A stretch of DNA of 63,509 nt, filler included, from Atractiella rhizophila (Eukaryota): NCBI GenBank assembly GCA_021432655.1. It is 4 parts of 3 records of this genome, joined end to end, with 100 filler letters (N's around TTAATTAATTAA, not from the genome) between each part and the next. Parts side by side here need not be neighbours in the genome. Positions count along the whole stretch, not along the records: positions 51,573 to 63,509 come from MU271760.1; 3 more parts are not named here. The stretch is one strand, 5' to 3'. Position 1 is the stretch's first letter, and every line of letters begins with the position of its first letter. A model generated the notes under the pieces. It worked only from the letters and a program-made list of their open reading frames with translations. It searched no databases and was not told the origin of the DNA. Shown here in pieces: positions 63,301 through 63,509 of the stretch. The translations under genes were made by a program, and so were the position numbers.

Positions 63301-63509
63301 GCATTCAGTAAGGAAAGAGAGTCCTCGTTCACCGACGTGCAGCTCGATTGTAGCAGTGAAGGTCCACTTGTTCACGACCACCCAACTCCACGGGCCAACC
63401 AATAGGAAATAGGAAGCAATAACTCACCTCCTCTCGCCATTCTAGGCATACCCCGTCCCCTACCGCCAACCAGCCGTCTCGCCACCGCTATCTCCTTATA
63501 AAACGCTCG
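60367..63509 (-). CDS. YME1: Mitochondrial i-AAA protease (FtsH family); the first exon frame is open to the window end
   Basis: [54 protein letters not shown], zinc site HEGGH, MGGRSAE and GASSD. Confidence 0.95.

Noticed and set aside
1..63509. CRISPR arrays, tRNA/rRNA genes, telomerase template, TnpB/Fanzor nuclease
   Set aside because: No regularly spaced repeat-spacer array, cloverleaf, rRNA motif, CTAACCCTAA template or RuvC motif set was recognised by eye.

Overview
Gene-dense, intron-rich fungal DNA, most likely a basidiomycete (short ~45-60 nt GT-AG introns, frequent GTTCGT/GTGCGT donors). Four contigs are joined by 100-nt N-TTAATTAATTAA-N linkers. Recognisable genes: RFX transcription factor, DCAF4/WDR21-like WD40 protein, GPI10/PIGB, BDP1, BBC1, MSP1/ATAD1, HNT1, PTH1, a ZRC1/COT1-type CDF zinc transporter, an Ash1-like SET methyltransferase, a 2OG-Fe(II) dioxygenase, an EEP phosphatase/nuclease, a promethin-like protein, a GH43 hydrolase, LAT1, SHY1/SURF1, a secreted ferritin-like (Rds1-type) protein and YME1. 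There are also orphans and pseudogene remnants. The most interesting observations are: (1) an intact-looking Ngaro-type tyrosine-recombinase retrotransposon (51.6-55.2 kb) whose recombinase is split by a 44-nt sense-strand spliceosomal intron and followed by a densely base-paired ~290-nt 3' region; (2) a single-nucleotide exon (17751) needed to restore the conserved MSP1 reading frame; (3) two tandem duplications (342 and 468 bp) that splicing can hide, though they may be assembly artefacts. All exon structures and base pairings were read by eye and need RNA-seq or folding confirmation.
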